From: Oscillatoriales cyanobacterium
GTDB taxonomy: Bacteria; Cyanobacteriota; Cyanobacteriia; Cyanobacteriales; Laspinemataceae
Reading direction: 5' to 3'
Assembly (NCBI GenBank): GCA_011390955.1
Contig: JAABRM010000001.1
Span: 238,694 to 302,693 of the forward strand
DNA length: 64,000 bases
How positions within the stretch are numbered: the stretch's first letter is position 1; each line of letters begins with the position of its first letter. The notes under the pieces are model-generated. The model saw only the letters and a program-made list of their open reading frames with translations. It had not been told where the DNA came from and did no database searches. The translations under genes were made by a program, and so were the position numbers. Below, one piece after another: positions 50,445 to 60,116 of this stretch.

Positions 50445-50765
50445 TCATGGTTCGCCAAACAGGGTTTCGTCAACTCGGATGGGCTGGCGTGGTTCGATCG
50501 CAATTTCGCCCGGTTCGATCGCGCTGAAGTGTCGGTCAAAGACGGCAGTAAGCCACTGGCCCTCGTTGGGAAAGTTTCCAGGTTGGAGTTCTGGGGCTGG
50601 TGTGTAGGGGGTTGGGTGTAGTTCGAGATCGAGCATCTCGAATAGTTTTTGTTTGTCAGTCGGGTTGAGTTGATGAATGGCTGGCAAGAGTTCGTTAAGT
50701 GTCATCTCTGACTCCCGTTGTGCTGTATCTAATGCTGTATCTAATATTTTACCTTCTGGAAACAT
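50445..50765 (-). CDS. hypothetical protein
   Basis: 106-aa ORF with HIP1. Weak support. Confidence 0.3.
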   Translation of the reverse strand: MFPEGKILDTALDTAQRESEMTLNELLPAIHQLNPTDKQKLFEMLDLELHPTPYTPAPELQPGNFPNEGQWLTAVFDRHFSAIEPGEIAIEPRQPIRVDETLFGEP

Positions 50766-51011
50766 GGCTGAGACAATTTCCCAGCATCAGGTTGAGGCTT
50801 TGATCAAATCGTCCCAGCAACCTAGAGCCCAGAAACCCGGTTTCTTTTTTTAGACCCAGAAACCGGGTTTCTTGGGGTTTCTTGGGGTTAACTGTGAGGT
50901 TCAGAAACCGGGTTTCTTTTATGAAAACAACCGTAGGGGCGATTCGCGAATCGCCCCTACATTACCACCACAGAAACCCGGTTTCTTTCCCCAACCCAGA
51001 AACCGGCTTTC

Positions 51012-53624
51012 TCACTCCCCTAACAACGCCCGAAATCGAATATCCCCGCGAATCCTATCAAAGTGCCTGTCAGTTTTCGCCATCTCGCGACATTCTGAAT
51101 TTAACGAAATCGCCCGTTGTAAGTTTTCAACCGCTAAATCCACATCCCCTTGCAATTCATAAAGACAAGCAATATTATAGTAAGCACTCTCACAATCAGA
51201 GTCCAACTCTAAGGCTTTTTGGTAACTCGCCATTGCCTCCTCATAGCGACCTAAACTAAACAAAGCATAACCGCGATTACTCCAAATATAAGCGGCATCG
51301 GGTTGTAACTTTAAGGCAGTTTCATAACTAGACAGTGCTGCTTCTGCATCCCCAGAACGGCGCTGTGACGCTGCCAAATAATGCCAATATTCGGCGTTTT
51401 TGGGTTGCAGTTTTACCGCCCCTTGAAAACAACGCACCGCCCCTTCATAGTTTTCGGCTTCCCACAGCGCCTTGCCTTGCTTCTCCAGGGCTTTTCCCCC
51501 GTTCCCCCCAATCATCGCGGCAGCCTCTGGTCGAAGTTTGATCGCTTTTTCCCAACAGGACATCGCCTCCTCCTCCCGTCCCTGCTGTACCAGAGATAAC
51601 CCCTCAGAGAGTAAACTCAAGGGACTTTCAGAAGGCAAGGTTAAGGGGACATTTCTCTCCAACGTCAGGAAATCCACCCCCTCCAACCGCAGAAAATGCA
51701 CCACCCCCGACTCATCCCCCGCCACCGTCACCCCATCCGGTGCAACCGCACAGGAACTCATCCCAGCCTCCCCGGTAAAGGTGGCTAACTCTTCCCCCGT
51801 AGCCAAATCCCACAGTTTCAGGGTGTTATCCCAGGATGCGGAAACCGCTTGAAGGCCGTCCGGGGTGATGGCGACTGCATTTACCCAGCTACTATGCCCC
51901 CTGAAGGTGGCCAGTTCCGACCCCGTAGCCAAATCCCACAGTTTCAGGGTTCTCCCGGATACGGAAACCGCTTGCTTGCCGTCTGGGGTGATGGCTACTG
52001 CTTTCACCGTGCTACTATGCCCCGTGAAGGTGGCCAGTTCCGACCCCGTAGCCAAATCCCACAGTTTCAGGGTTTTATCATCGGATGCGGAAACCGCTTG
52101 TTTCCCGTCCGGGGTGATGGCTACTGCTGTCACCTTGTCACTATGCCCCCTGAAAGTGGCCAGTTTCTTCCCCGTAGCCAAATCCCACAGTTCCAGGGTG
52201 TTATCCAATAAACTAAAGAGCGACCCGGATGCGGAAACCGCTTGAAGGCCGTCCGGGGTGATGGCCACTGCATTTACCCAGAAACTATTGAAGGTGGCCA
52301 GTTCCGACCCCGTGGCCAAATCCCACAGTTTCAGGGTGTGATCAGAGGATGCAGAAACCGCTTGTTTCCCGTCTGGGGTGACGGCTACTGCTTCTACCAC
52401 GCGACTATGCCCGGTGAAGGTGGCCAGTTCCGACCCCGTAGCCAAATTCCACAGTTTCAGGGTGTTATCCCCCGATGCGGAAACCGCCTGTTTCCCGTCC
52501 GGGGTAATGGCTACTGCTGTTACCGAGTTACTATGCCCCGTGATGGTGGCCAGTTCCGACCCCGTAGCCAAATCCCACAGTTTCAGGGTGTGATCCTCGG
52601 ATGCGGAAACCGCTTGAAGGCCGTCCGGGGTAATGGCTACTGCATTTACCCAAAGACTATGCCCCGTGAAGGTGGTCAGTTCCGACCCCGTAGCCAAATC
52701 CCACAGTTTCAGGGTGCTATCCTCGGATGCGGAAACCGCTTGAAGACCGTCCGGGGTAATGGCTACTGCATTTACATCGCGACTATGCCCCGTGAAGGTG
52801 GCCAGTTGCGACCCCGTGGCTAAATCCCACAGTTTCAGGGTTTTATCAGAGGATGCGGAAACTGCTTGTTGACCGTCCGGGGTGATGGCTACTGCATTTA
52901 CCCAGCCACGATGCCCCCTGAAGGTGGCCAGTTCCGACCCCGTAGCCAAATCCCACAGTTTCAGGGTGTTATTAGAGGATGCAGAAACCGCTTGAAGACC
53001 GTCCGGGGTAATGGCTACTGCTTCTACCGGGCGACTATGCCCCGTGAAGGTGGCCAGTTCCGACCCCGTAGCCAAATCCCACAGTTTCAGGGTGTTATCC
53101 CAGGATGCGGAAACCGCTTGTTTGCCGTCCGGGGTGATGGCTACTGCTTTTACCGTGCTGCTATGCCCAGTGAGGGTGCGAATCAGTGGCCCGCCGGGAG
53201 GGGTGAGGTTGGCAGTAAGGGGACGAAACCAGGTGTTTCCGCGCCATTGTTTAGCTTGTTCCAGTAAAGCGACAATCTCTGGATTCTCAAAGGACAACAA
53301 CCGCCCCAGAAGTTGCTCCGCTAGTTTGGTTTTATCCGGTTCTAAAATATGCGCCGATAGCCGCAACGTCCCCGCGATTAATTGCAGGGTTTCCGTCTGT
53401 TCCGGGTTCAGCAAGACATCGGAACTCATCGCCAAATTGTAATCTTCAATTAAGGCTTGCACCCCGCACTCCGCCAGTTTTGCCTGCATGAAGTCAAAAT
53501 CCGTGAGCAATTGGTGCAGCCGTGCAGTTTGGGCGGTGCTGACGAGATGACCGGGCAGGGTATCCAGGGCATAGCGCCGCTTTTCTGGGGATAGTTTATT
53601 GAGTTTTTGGCTGAAGTCGGTCAT
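51012..53624 (-). CDS. WD40-repeat (~14 blades) protein with N-terminal NACHT-WD40-type linker helices and C-terminal TPR repeats
   Basis: The N-terminus (LHQLLTDFDFMQAKLAECGVQALIEDYNL) matches the helical linker usually found between NACHT and WD40 in cyanobacterial STAND proteins. Then TGHS..V.AVAITPDG..AVSAS.D.TLKLWDLATG repeats. The C-terminal AYYNIA/AWSNRGYAL-type helices are TPR-like. Confidence 0.85.
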   Translation of the reverse strand: MTDFSQKLNKLSPEKRRYALDTLPGHLVSTAQTARLHQLLTDFDFMQAKLAECGVQALIEDYNLAMSSDVLLNPEQTETLQLIAGTLRLSAHILEPDKTKLAEQLLGRLLSFENPEIVALLEQAKQWRGNTWFRPLTANLTPPGGPLIRTLTGHSSTVKAVAITPDGKQAVSASWDNTLKLWDLATGSELATFTGHSRPVEAVAITPDGLQAVSASSNNTLKLWDLATGSELATFRGHRGWVNAVAITPDGQQAVSASSDKTLKLWDLATGSQLATFTGHSRDVNAVAITPDGLQAVSASEDSTLKLWDLATGSELTTFTGHSLWVNAVAITPDGLQAVSASEDHTLKLWDLATGSELATITGHSNSVTAVAITPDGKQAVSASGDNTLKLWNLATGSELATFTGHSRVVEAVAVTPDGKQAVSASSDHTLKLWDLATGSELATFNSFWVNAVAITPDGLQAVSASGSLFSLLDNTLELWDLATGKKLATFRGHSDKVTAVAITPDGKQAVSASDDKTLKLWDLATGSELATFTGHSSTVKAVAITPDGKQAVSVSGRTLKLWDLATGSELATFRGHSSWVNAVAITPDGLQAVSASWDNTLKLWDLATGEELATFTGEAGMSSCAVAPDGVTVAGDESGVVHFLRLEGVDFLTLERNVPLTLPSESPLSLLSEGLSLVQQGREEEAMSCWEKAIKLRPEAAAMIGGNGGKALEKQGKALWEAENYEGAVRCFQGAVKLQPKNAEYWHYLAASQRRSGDAEAALSSYETALKLQPDAAYIWSNRGYALFSLGRYEEAMASYQKALELDSDCESAYYNIACLYELQGDVDLAVENLQRAISLNSECREMAKTDRHFDRIRGDIRFRALLGE

Positions 53625-53689
53625 GGCTACAGGTTAAAGCGGAATAGGGCGTTCTTGCTCCTTACTATACAGCGATTTTCTATTAAATA

Positions 53690-53990
53690 AACCACAATGA
53701 AAACCACGGCGGATTTGTAGGGGCGAAGCATTCCGGCAGATAACCTATTGCTTAGAATATTGTAGGGGCGAATGGCCATTCGCCCCTACTACCGGAATGC
53801 TTCGCCCTTACTATTGGAACGTTTCGCCCGATCCTGGTTTACAGCGGTTTTCTTTCTTACTAAACTACGATCGGGCGAAGCATTCCGGTATTCAAATTAA
53901 TATTTTCAGCAATGATTTATTTGCCGGAATGCTTCGCCCCTACAGGTGTTTGTGGTAGATTTAATAGAAAACCGCTGTAACCTGGCTGTG
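53690..53990. repeat. Cluster of 'ccggaatgcttcgcccc / gtaggggcgaa' family palindromic repeats
   Basis: gtaggggcgaagcattccgg...gtaggggcgaatggccattcgcccctac...ccggaatgcttcgccc, four or more copies. Also at 37440..37570, 46310..46370 and 50925..50965. Confidence 0.75.
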
Positions 53991-54029
53991 GTTTGATTTT
54001 TGTTGGGTTTCCTGCGTCAACCCAACCTA

Positions 54030-55823
54030 CTAATTATTCTCATTTTTTCCATATAAATCTTCCCACAAATTATCCGCGATCGCCTGTTCAATATCCCGCA
54101 AAGATATCCCCGCCTTTTGTACCGTTTGCTTCTTGAATAAAAAGTCCTGAAAACTCTTGTGGTAAATACTATAAACCTCCTCATTCTCCACAGAACGATG
54201 GCGTAAAAATTGCTCCCATTCATCCAAAACATCCTGCACCGTTAACGGGTCTTCCTCGGCAAAATCTGCCAACAAATCGCAGGACACAGGCTTACGAGTT
54301 TTGGACAATAAATAGATAATTTTTAACTTCGTCCGAGGTAACGGCTTCGTCATCATCCCCATACGCTGCCAATGTTGCTCATAATATTGCTCCAAACCCT
54401 TGGGCAAATTTGCCAAGTTCAAATCCGCATATTTTTTCTTGTCAATATCCCACTTTTCAATATCATCGAGAACATACTTTAAATACATAAAATTATTCTC
54501 GCTATTCTCTGCCAAAACTTCCGTAAATTCCGCCTCTGTCACCTCTTGGGCAGTTAGCCAGCGTTGGATCGGTTCCCGTTGGCAGCGATACCGAATAAAC
54601 CCTTGAATATCCGCTAAATTCTCTTGATAATAGTCAGGGGACATCATATCAAACTCCTGCTGCGGTGCCGATACCACAAAAGGCAAAGGCTTCGGGCGTT
54701 TGGTCAGGATAAAATAGACCCCATTGGGTAAAGTTGCCGGGAGATAAAGCACATTTACCCCCGGATTTTGGGTGTTTACATCCACCTCATCCAAGGCATC
54801 CACCGCAATCACTAAACGGTCAGTTTTTGCCGCCGCTTCCGTTAATAACTTGCTCAAAAAATTGCCATTGCGGGTATTATCAGGATGCAGGGGTAAATCA
54901 TAAGCTAACCCATAGCGATAAATCAGTTGACCGCAAATATTTTTCAGGAAATCTTCCGTGCTGGTGCGATTTTCTGACAGAATATTAAAATAAGCCAAAC
55001 ATCCGGTTTGCTGCACATATTGGGCTAACAACGCACTTTTACCCACGCCGGGGTCAGCTTCTATGATAAAATAACCCTTGGCTTGTTTCTGGACAAATTG
55101 ATTAATTTCCTCAAAGACAAATTCTCGACCAAAAAATTCCTGGGTTTTTTCCTGAATAAAAGCCGCAAAATCCGCCGGAACGGGACTCGTCCCTTTTAAG
55201 GTTTTCAGCAATTGATTAAACCGTTCATCTAACCCCTGACAAGAGGCGATAAATGTATCCACACCCTCATCAATTCTCACCCGAATTTGCTGGAGTTCTC
55301 GGTCGATATTGCCGACTTTCCCGCCAATTTCGGTGAGCAAATCGTGGGTTAAAGTATGAAAAACCACGGGATTATATTTAATTTCTAAGCGGAAATAATG
55401 CACTAACTCCGGTAAATATAAACTCCGAAATGCCCGCACTAATACCGGAGGGGCTTCTCGCAACCACTGATGTTCTTGTTCTAGGCGCTGCGTCAATTGT
55501 TGGGCAATTTCCTGCTGTTGGGGTTGCCCCAAACCGCCCTCAACTCCCGGAGACTGCCCCGCCTCCACCATGCCTAGTATGACTTCACCATCTTGCTTTA
55601 GCTTATTTATCTGTGCGAGAATGTGACCCTGACTCCGCTCCCACTCTGGTGTACCCTGACAATAGCCGCAAACTTCTTCTAAAGCCCGGTGGTGGGCTTT
55701 TAGCAGGGCTGTCTCAATGTCGTGATTTCGTTCCCCGGCTTTCTTCTGTGCCCAGTGGCGATATTCCCCTGCGGCTTGTCCCAATCCAGCGCTGGCAAAT
55801 AACATTAAAATATCAACTAGCAT
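54030..55823 (-). CDS. NACHT-family STAND NTPase with ~220-aa uncharacterised N-terminal domain
   Basis: Walker A IIEADPGVGKSALLAQY, then Walker B-like RLVIAVDALDEVD. Positioned immediately upstream of the WD40/TPR gene on the same strand. Confidence 0.8.
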   Translation of the reverse strand: MLVDILMLFASAGLGQAAGEYRHWAQKKAGERNHDIETALLKAHHRALEEVCGYCQGTPEWERSQGHILAQINKLKQDGEVILGMVEAGQSPGVEGGLGQPQQQEIAQQLTQRLEQEHQWLREAPPVLVRAFRSLYLPELVHYFRLEIKYNPVVFHTLTHDLLTEIGGKVGNIDRELQQIRVRIDEGVDTFIASCQGLDERFNQLLKTLKGTSPVPADFAAFIQEKTQEFFGREFVFEEINQFVQKQAKGYFIIEADPGVGKSALLAQYVQQTGCLAYFNILSENRTSTEDFLKNICGQLIYRYGLAYDLPLHPDNTRNGNFLSKLLTEAAAKTDRLVIAVDALDEVDVNTQNPGVNVLYLPATLPNGVYFILTKRPKPLPFVVSAPQQEFDMMSPDYYQENLADIQGFIRYRCQREPIQRWLTAQEVTEAEFTEVLAENSENNFMYLKYVLDDIEKWDIDKKKYADLNLANLPKGLEQYYEQHWQRMGMMTKPLPRTKLKIIYLLSKTRKPVSCDLLADFAEEDPLTVQDVLDEWEQFLRHRSVENEEVYSIYHKSFQDFLFKKQTVQKAGISLRDIEQAIADNLWEDLYGKNENN

Positions 55824-55939
55824 GACTTAACCCTCACCTCAACGCACCTTAAACCTTTGATTAAATATTCTAATAGACATATTGCTTTCATACCGGATCG
55901 ATCCCCCCAACCCCCCTTAAAAAGGGGGCTTTCGTCAGC

Positions 55940-56100
55940 CAAGCCGCCAACCCTAATTCGCGGCCCAGAAACCGGGTTTCTTTTTGGCAACAACCGTTAA
56001 CGGTAATTAGCACGACAGAAACCCGGTTTCTTTTCTCCACGACAGAAACCCGGTTTCTTTTTCGCAGCCCAGAAACCCGGTTTCTTTTCTCCACGACAAT
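55940..56100. repeat. GAAACCCGGTTTC-family MITE cluster
   Basis: cccagaaaccgggtttctttttggcaacaaccgttaacggtaattagcacgacagaaacccggtttcttttctccacgacagaaacccgg... Confidence 0.8.
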
Positions 56101-56163
56101 TACGCTATAATTAAATTAACTTACTCAACCAAACCATGAATATTACTCTTAGGAAAAAGTTAA

Positions 56164-56502
56164 ATGACTACTAAAATAAGCGATCGCAAAATTTACGATC
56201 GCCTAGGAATTACCCCTGAACAACTGGCTGAATTTTGCCACCGTTGGCAGATCGTCGAAATGGCCTTATTTGGCTCCATTCTCCGAGATGACTTTAACGC
56301 CAATAGTGACGTAGATATTTTAGTCACATTTCAGCCTAATCACTCTTGGGGTTTAGAGTTTATTCAAATGCGAGAACAACTCTCTACTTTGTTTAATCGT
56401 CCTGTGGATCTAATCACCCAACAAAGTATTGTCAATAGTCACAACGTTCTCCGTCGCCAGACCATTCTCAATTCAGCCGAGGTCATCTATGGTAAAGGAT
56501 AA
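56164..56502 (+). CDS. mntA: Minimal nucleotidyltransferase (MntA-type antitoxin of HepT/MntA modules)
   Basis: ALFGSILRDDFNANSDVDILV is a GS-x9-DVD nucleotidyltransferase motif. 112 aa. Confidence 0.75.
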   Translation: MTTKISDRKIYDRLGITPEQLAEFCHRWQIVEMALFGSILRDDFNANSDVDILVTFQPNHSWGLEFIQMREQLSTLFNRPVDLITQQSIVNSHNVLRRQTILNSAEVIYGKG

Positions 56503-56608
56503 ACAGGCATTAATAGATATTCTGAAGGCTATCCAGCAGATTATTAGTTATGTTTTGGGGACTCAGAAACCGGGTTTCTTTTTGGCAACAACCGTTAACG
56601 GTAATTAG
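56489..56608 (+). pseudogene. HepT/DUF86-like toxin remnant truncated by MITE insertion
   Basis: The ATG overlaps the mntA end. MVKDKQALIDILKAIQQIISYVLG resembles DUF86 N-termini. From ~56558 the frame runs into a GAAACCCGGTTTC-family MITE and stops. Confidence 0.4.
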
Positions 56609-56663
56609 CACCACAGAAACCCGGTTTCTTTTTCGCAACCTAAATTATCAATGGTATAACTAT

Positions 56664-57356
56664 ATGATTTTGCCGATTATCGATACGATCGCCTCTCAGG
56701 GTTCATTCCTTTCTCACCAGTCAGCGATATTAGTAGCAATATCTGGAATTGATGCATCGGGAAAAGGCTATTTAGCGGAAAAAATTGTCACGATGCTACG
56801 ACAAAGAAATCTCCGAGTAGCCAGTATTAATATTGATGGCTGGCTGAATTTACCCAACCAGCGATTTAGCCAGACCAACCCCGGAGAACATTTTTATCAT
56901 CATGCTATTCGCTTTGATGAATTATTCACTAAATTAGTCTTCCCACTCCGCCAATTTCGCTCAATTTCCCTGGAAATGGATTATGCCGAAGAAACCGCTA
57001 CTAAATATCGCCCCCACCGCTACGATTTTGCCGATATTGATATTATTATCTTAGAAGGAATTTTTTTGTTAAAAACCGAGTTTCAATCCTATTATGACCT
57101 GTCTTTTTGGGTGGAATGTAGCTGGGAAACTGCCTTAAACCGAGCGATCGCGCGATCGCAAGAAGGATTATCTCCCGAAGCAACGATTCAGGCTTATCAA
57201 ACTATCTACTTTCCCGCCCAAAAAATTCACCTGAAACGAGACAACCCCAAACCAGCGGCTACGGCAATTATTGATAACGATCGCGCCGATATAAATGATA
57301 TAATGTTGATTCAACAAACAGACCCTAACATTCTTCGGGTGGGCAAAAAATTTTAG
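56664..57356 (+). CDS. P-loop kinase-like protein (uridine kinase/phosphoribulokinase-family fold; atypical Walker A)
   Basis: VAISGIDASGKGYLAEKI is a P-loop with Gly after Lys. ...DIIILEGIFLL. The ORF-track N-terminus (RNRVSFWQQ...) is MITE read-through, so the start is placed at MILPIID. Confidence 0.5.
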   Translation: MILPIIDTIASQGSFLSHQSAILVAISGIDASGKGYLAEKIVTMLRQRNLRVASINIDGWLNLPNQRFSQTNPGEHFYHHAIRFDELFTKLVFPLRQFRSISLEMDYAEETATKYRPHRYDFADIDIIILEGIFLLKTEFQSYYDLSFWVECSWETALNRAIARSQEGLSPEATIQAYQTIYFPAQKIHLKRDNPKPAATAIIDNDRADINDIMLIQQTDPNILRVGKKF

Positions 57357-57412
57357 CCACCCTATCATATATGATAGTGGAGTGCTTGCCCACCCTACTG
57401 TTGCTTATTGAA
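57328..57412. repeat. GGGTGGGCAAAA-family MITE
   Basis: cctaacattcttcgggtgggcaaaaaattttagccaccctatcatatatgatagtggagtgcttgcccaccctactg. Confidence 0.75.
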
Positions 57413-57421
57413 GATAAATTT

Positions 57422-58387
57422 ATGCCTTTTTCCTCCTTAATCGGCCAACCCCAAGCGATTGAATTACTCACTCAAGCCGTAGCCAAAAATCGCATTGCCC
57501 CGGCTTATTTATTTGCTGGCCCTGATGGAGTAGGACGGGCTTTAGCGGCGCGATCTTTTGCTCAATTAATCTTTGAAGTAACCGCCACTAAATCACACAA
57601 ACATCGGAACTTGAAAAATCACCCGGATTTTCTTTGGGTCGAACCTACCTATATGCATCAAGGGCAAAGATTAACCGCTGCGGAAGCGGAGGAAACTGGC
57701 CTAAAACGCAAGGCGCCGCCACAAATTCGCTTAGAACAAATTAGAGAAATTAGTCAATTTTTGGGTCGTCCTCCTTTAGAAGCAAGTCAAGCGGTGGTGG
57801 TAATTGAACAAGGGGAAACAATGGGCGAAGCCCCCGCAAATGCGCTGCTGAAAACCCTGGAAGAACCGGGACGGGCAACGTTAATTTTAATCGCCCCGTC
57901 GGTGGATTCCCTGCTGCCTACCCTGGTTTCCCGGTGTCAGCGCATTCCCTTTTATCGTTTGGAACATGAGGCAATGGTGCAAGTTTTGCAGTCCGTGGGC
58001 AAGGGGGAAGTTGCCCAAGATAAAGCAGTGATGGCAATGGCCCAAGGTTCTCCCGGTCGGGCGATCGCCTCTTGGGAACAATTGCAAGAAATTCCCGAAG
58101 ACTTGTTAAAAGCGATCGCCCAGAAACCCTCCACCGTCAAACAAGCCCTAGAAGTCGCCAAACAAATTGACAAAACCTTAGATACCCCCGCCCAATTATG
58201 GCTAATTGACTATTTACAACAGTTATACTGGCAGCAACAACAGCGCGATCGCTACCGGGATATTTTACCGATTCAAAAACTAGAAAAAGCCCGCAGCTAT
58301 TTATTAAGCTATGTGCAGCCGCGTCTAGTTTGGGAAGTCACCATGATGGAAGCGATCGCGGAGGATAACCATTTTATTAGCCGGTAA
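57422..58387 (+). CDS. holB: DNA polymerase III delta' subunit
   Basis: MPFSSLIGQPQAIELLTQAVAKNRIAPAYLFAGPDGVGR...HPDFLWVEP...ATLILIAPSVDSLLPTLVSRCQRIPF. Confidence 0.85.
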   Translation: MPFSSLIGQPQAIELLTQAVAKNRIAPAYLFAGPDGVGRALAARSFAQLIFEVTATKSHKHRNLKNHPDFLWVEPTYMHQGQRLTAAEAEETGLKRKAPPQIRLEQIREISQFLGRPPLEASQAVVVIEQGETMGEAPANALLKTLEEPGRATLILIAPSVDSLLPTLVSRCQRIPFYRLEHEAMVQVLQSVGKGEVAQDKAVMAMAQGSPGRAIASWEQLQEIPEDLLKAIAQKPSTVKQALEVAKQIDKTLDTPAQLWLIDYLQQLYWQQQQRDRYRDILPIQKLEKARSYLLSYVQPRLVWEVTMMEAIAEDNHFISR

Positions 58388-58422
58388 TTGTTAGCCGGTA
58401 AAAAAGCTGGATAAAATTATGT

Positions 58423-59445
58423 TTATCTAAGGCTGACAAAACCGGCTTTTCCGATCAGGGCTTGTCCTTGATCCGTCAACATAAAATTAGCATAAGCTTC
58501 TCCCGCAAATTGATCCAATTGACCATTTTCTTTCACCACCACAAATAGGCGGCGACTCCAAATATATTCCCCACTTCTAAATACTTCCACATTGACTTCG
58601 TTGCGTCGATTAGGGCATTGGGAAAGGGGGATAAACGGTTCTTTATATGGGGCAACCAATCGATCGGCGGTCTTACCAATTGGTATTGTTTTTACCGTAC
58701 ATTGAGGCACAAGTAATGTGGCTGAAGACCAATAAATCCCCCCCGGATCTGCGGCTACATTTCTAATAGCTTCAGTGGTTGTGCCGGTTAATATTGCGTA
58801 ATCGGGATTATCTCGGCCTATTTTGCCATAAGGTTGGATGTTTAGATCCGGCCCACCCACTTGACTCCAGTTGGTAATTTTGCCCGCATAAATATCATCA
58901 TGTTGTTGAATAGTTAAACCGGGAATATCTAAACTGGGGTGAACGGCAATGGCAATTCCATCAATGCCCACCGCAATTTCTTTAATTTTAAATCCTCGTC
59001 TTTCGGCGGTTTCATATTCATTCTTAGAAATCGATCGGGAAGATAAAGCAAAAGCCAGTTCATTATTTAATAACATAGCGATTCCCGTACCCGTACTGGG
59101 GGCTTCTCGGATGGGATCGGTATAACGCAGTTGAAATTGTGGCCAAACTATTTGAATTGCCGGGTCAATTTCTGACCGAATTGGCGCCCAAGTGGTACTG
59201 CCACCATGACTAAATAATCCTTTAGGAACATTTTGCACTTGGGCAAAAGTTTCTGGATATTGGGTTAAAGTTTGGTTTGGGGAATCTTTGGCCGAATTGT
59301 CATTATTTTCTGACGTTTTTTCTCCGGTTGGAATGAATGAAATACTTCCCGATCGCGTCACAAAAAAGTATCCCATTCCCAGGATGGCTAAAACGATCGC
59401 CAGAGTGAGGAGAAGAATCTTAGTTTCTTTTGAATTCTGAGACAT
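58423..59445 (-). CDS. Membrane-anchored periplasmic substrate-binding protein (PstS/PBP-like fold)
   Basis: N-terminal TM anchor, then GGSTTWAPI...GTGIAML...AVGIDGIAIAVHP, typical of phosphate-binding PBP-like domains. Start placed at MSQNSK. Confidence 0.55.
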   Translation of the reverse strand: MSQNSKETKILLLTLAIVLAILGMGYFFVTRSGSISFIPTGEKTSENNDNSAKDSPNQTLTQYPETFAQVQNVPKGLFSHGGSTTWAPIRSEIDPAIQIVWPQFQLRYTDPIREAPSTGTGIAMLLNNELAFALSSRSISKNEYETAERRGFKIKEIAVGIDGIAIAVHPSLDIPGLTIQQHDDIYAGKITNWSQVGGPDLNIQPYGKIGRDNPDYAILTGTTTEAIRNVAADPGGIYWSSATLLVPQCTVKTIPIGKTADRLVAPYKEPFIPLSQCPNRRNEVNVEVFRSGEYIWSRRLFVVVKENGQLDQFAGEAYANFMLTDQGQALIGKAGFVSLR

Positions 59446-59480
59446 AGCTGATTCACCGATCGATAAATCTATTGATAAAT

Positions 59481-60044
59481 CTATTTTAAACCTAATTTTT
59501 TCCGAATCCAAGTGGCGGTCATAAATAATAGGGGGGTGACAACCAGCCCCGTCAGAATCAGATGCCCCGGAAACTGAAAATAAAAATACCACAAAAGTAA
59601 CGTACCATAAGGGGAATCGCTATGATCCACGAAATAAAATAGCAGACTACTTTCATCCCCTGGGGGAATTCCCAAACGACGTTTGATGAAAGAGTTGGGT
59701 AATTCTGATAAATTAAAAATGAAACCAACCAGTAACCCATACTCTAACCAGTTGAGGGATGATAAAGATATCCAATTAGGGAGAGGTTCTTTAATGATCC
59801 AAGGTTCTAATATTTGGAATAACCCGACGCTGACCGCATGGGTTAAGGGAAGACTGACTAACCCGCGCCATTTTTTATTCGCCCCAAATAGTGACTCGTT
59901 AATGGGAAAGTTTAACGGTTCAAATAGGGCGGTTTTCCAGAGGAACGCTTCGAGAATTCCGGCTAAAAATAATGGACAAATTAGCCAGAGTATATTTGAT
60001 GTATCCTGGAAAAAGATTTGGCAAATATCTACAATAGGTGGCAT
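59481..60044 (-). CDS. CDP-archaeol synthase-like (DUF46/CarS family) membrane protein
   Basis: 5 TM helices. SFIKRRLGIPPGDESSLLFYFVDHSDS resembles the KRRLG...D.xD block of CarS-family enzymes. Tentative. Confidence 0.45.
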   Translation of the reverse strand: MPPIVDICQIFFQDTSNILWLICPLFLAGILEAFLWKTALFEPLNFPINESLFGANKKWRGLVSLPLTHAVSVGLFQILEPWIIKEPLPNWISLSSLNWLEYGLLVGFIFNLSELPNSFIKRRLGIPPGDESSLLFYFVDHSDSPYGTLLLWYFYFQFPGHLILTGLVVTPLLFMTATWIRKKLGLK

Positions 60045-60116
60045 GGCTAGAAAAACTTGGCTATACTTCTAGTTTGATTATATCCCATTTTTGAGTTAAG
60101 TTAATTAAATGGTCAT

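Noticed and set aside
50117-50527. Three overlapping ORFs (136, 107, 77 aa) translating as RNRVSFWGF / QKPGFF repeats
   Set aside because: They are read-throughs of a dense cluster of GAAACCCGGTTTC MITE copies in different frames and are not genes. The same applies to 50872..51259 and 55888..56094.
51335-53442. Many plus-strand ORFs (up to 193 aa) with repetitive RGDGYC…QIPQFQGV translations
   Set aside because: They are antisense shadows of the WD40 repeat gene 51012..53624.
57168-57368. 66-aa ORF MIGWLKFFAHPKNVRVC…
   Set aside because: It is antisense to the 3' end of the kinase-like gene and runs into a GGGTGGGCAAAA MITE. The peptide FAHPKNVR also appears in the MITE-derived false start of the histidine kinase.
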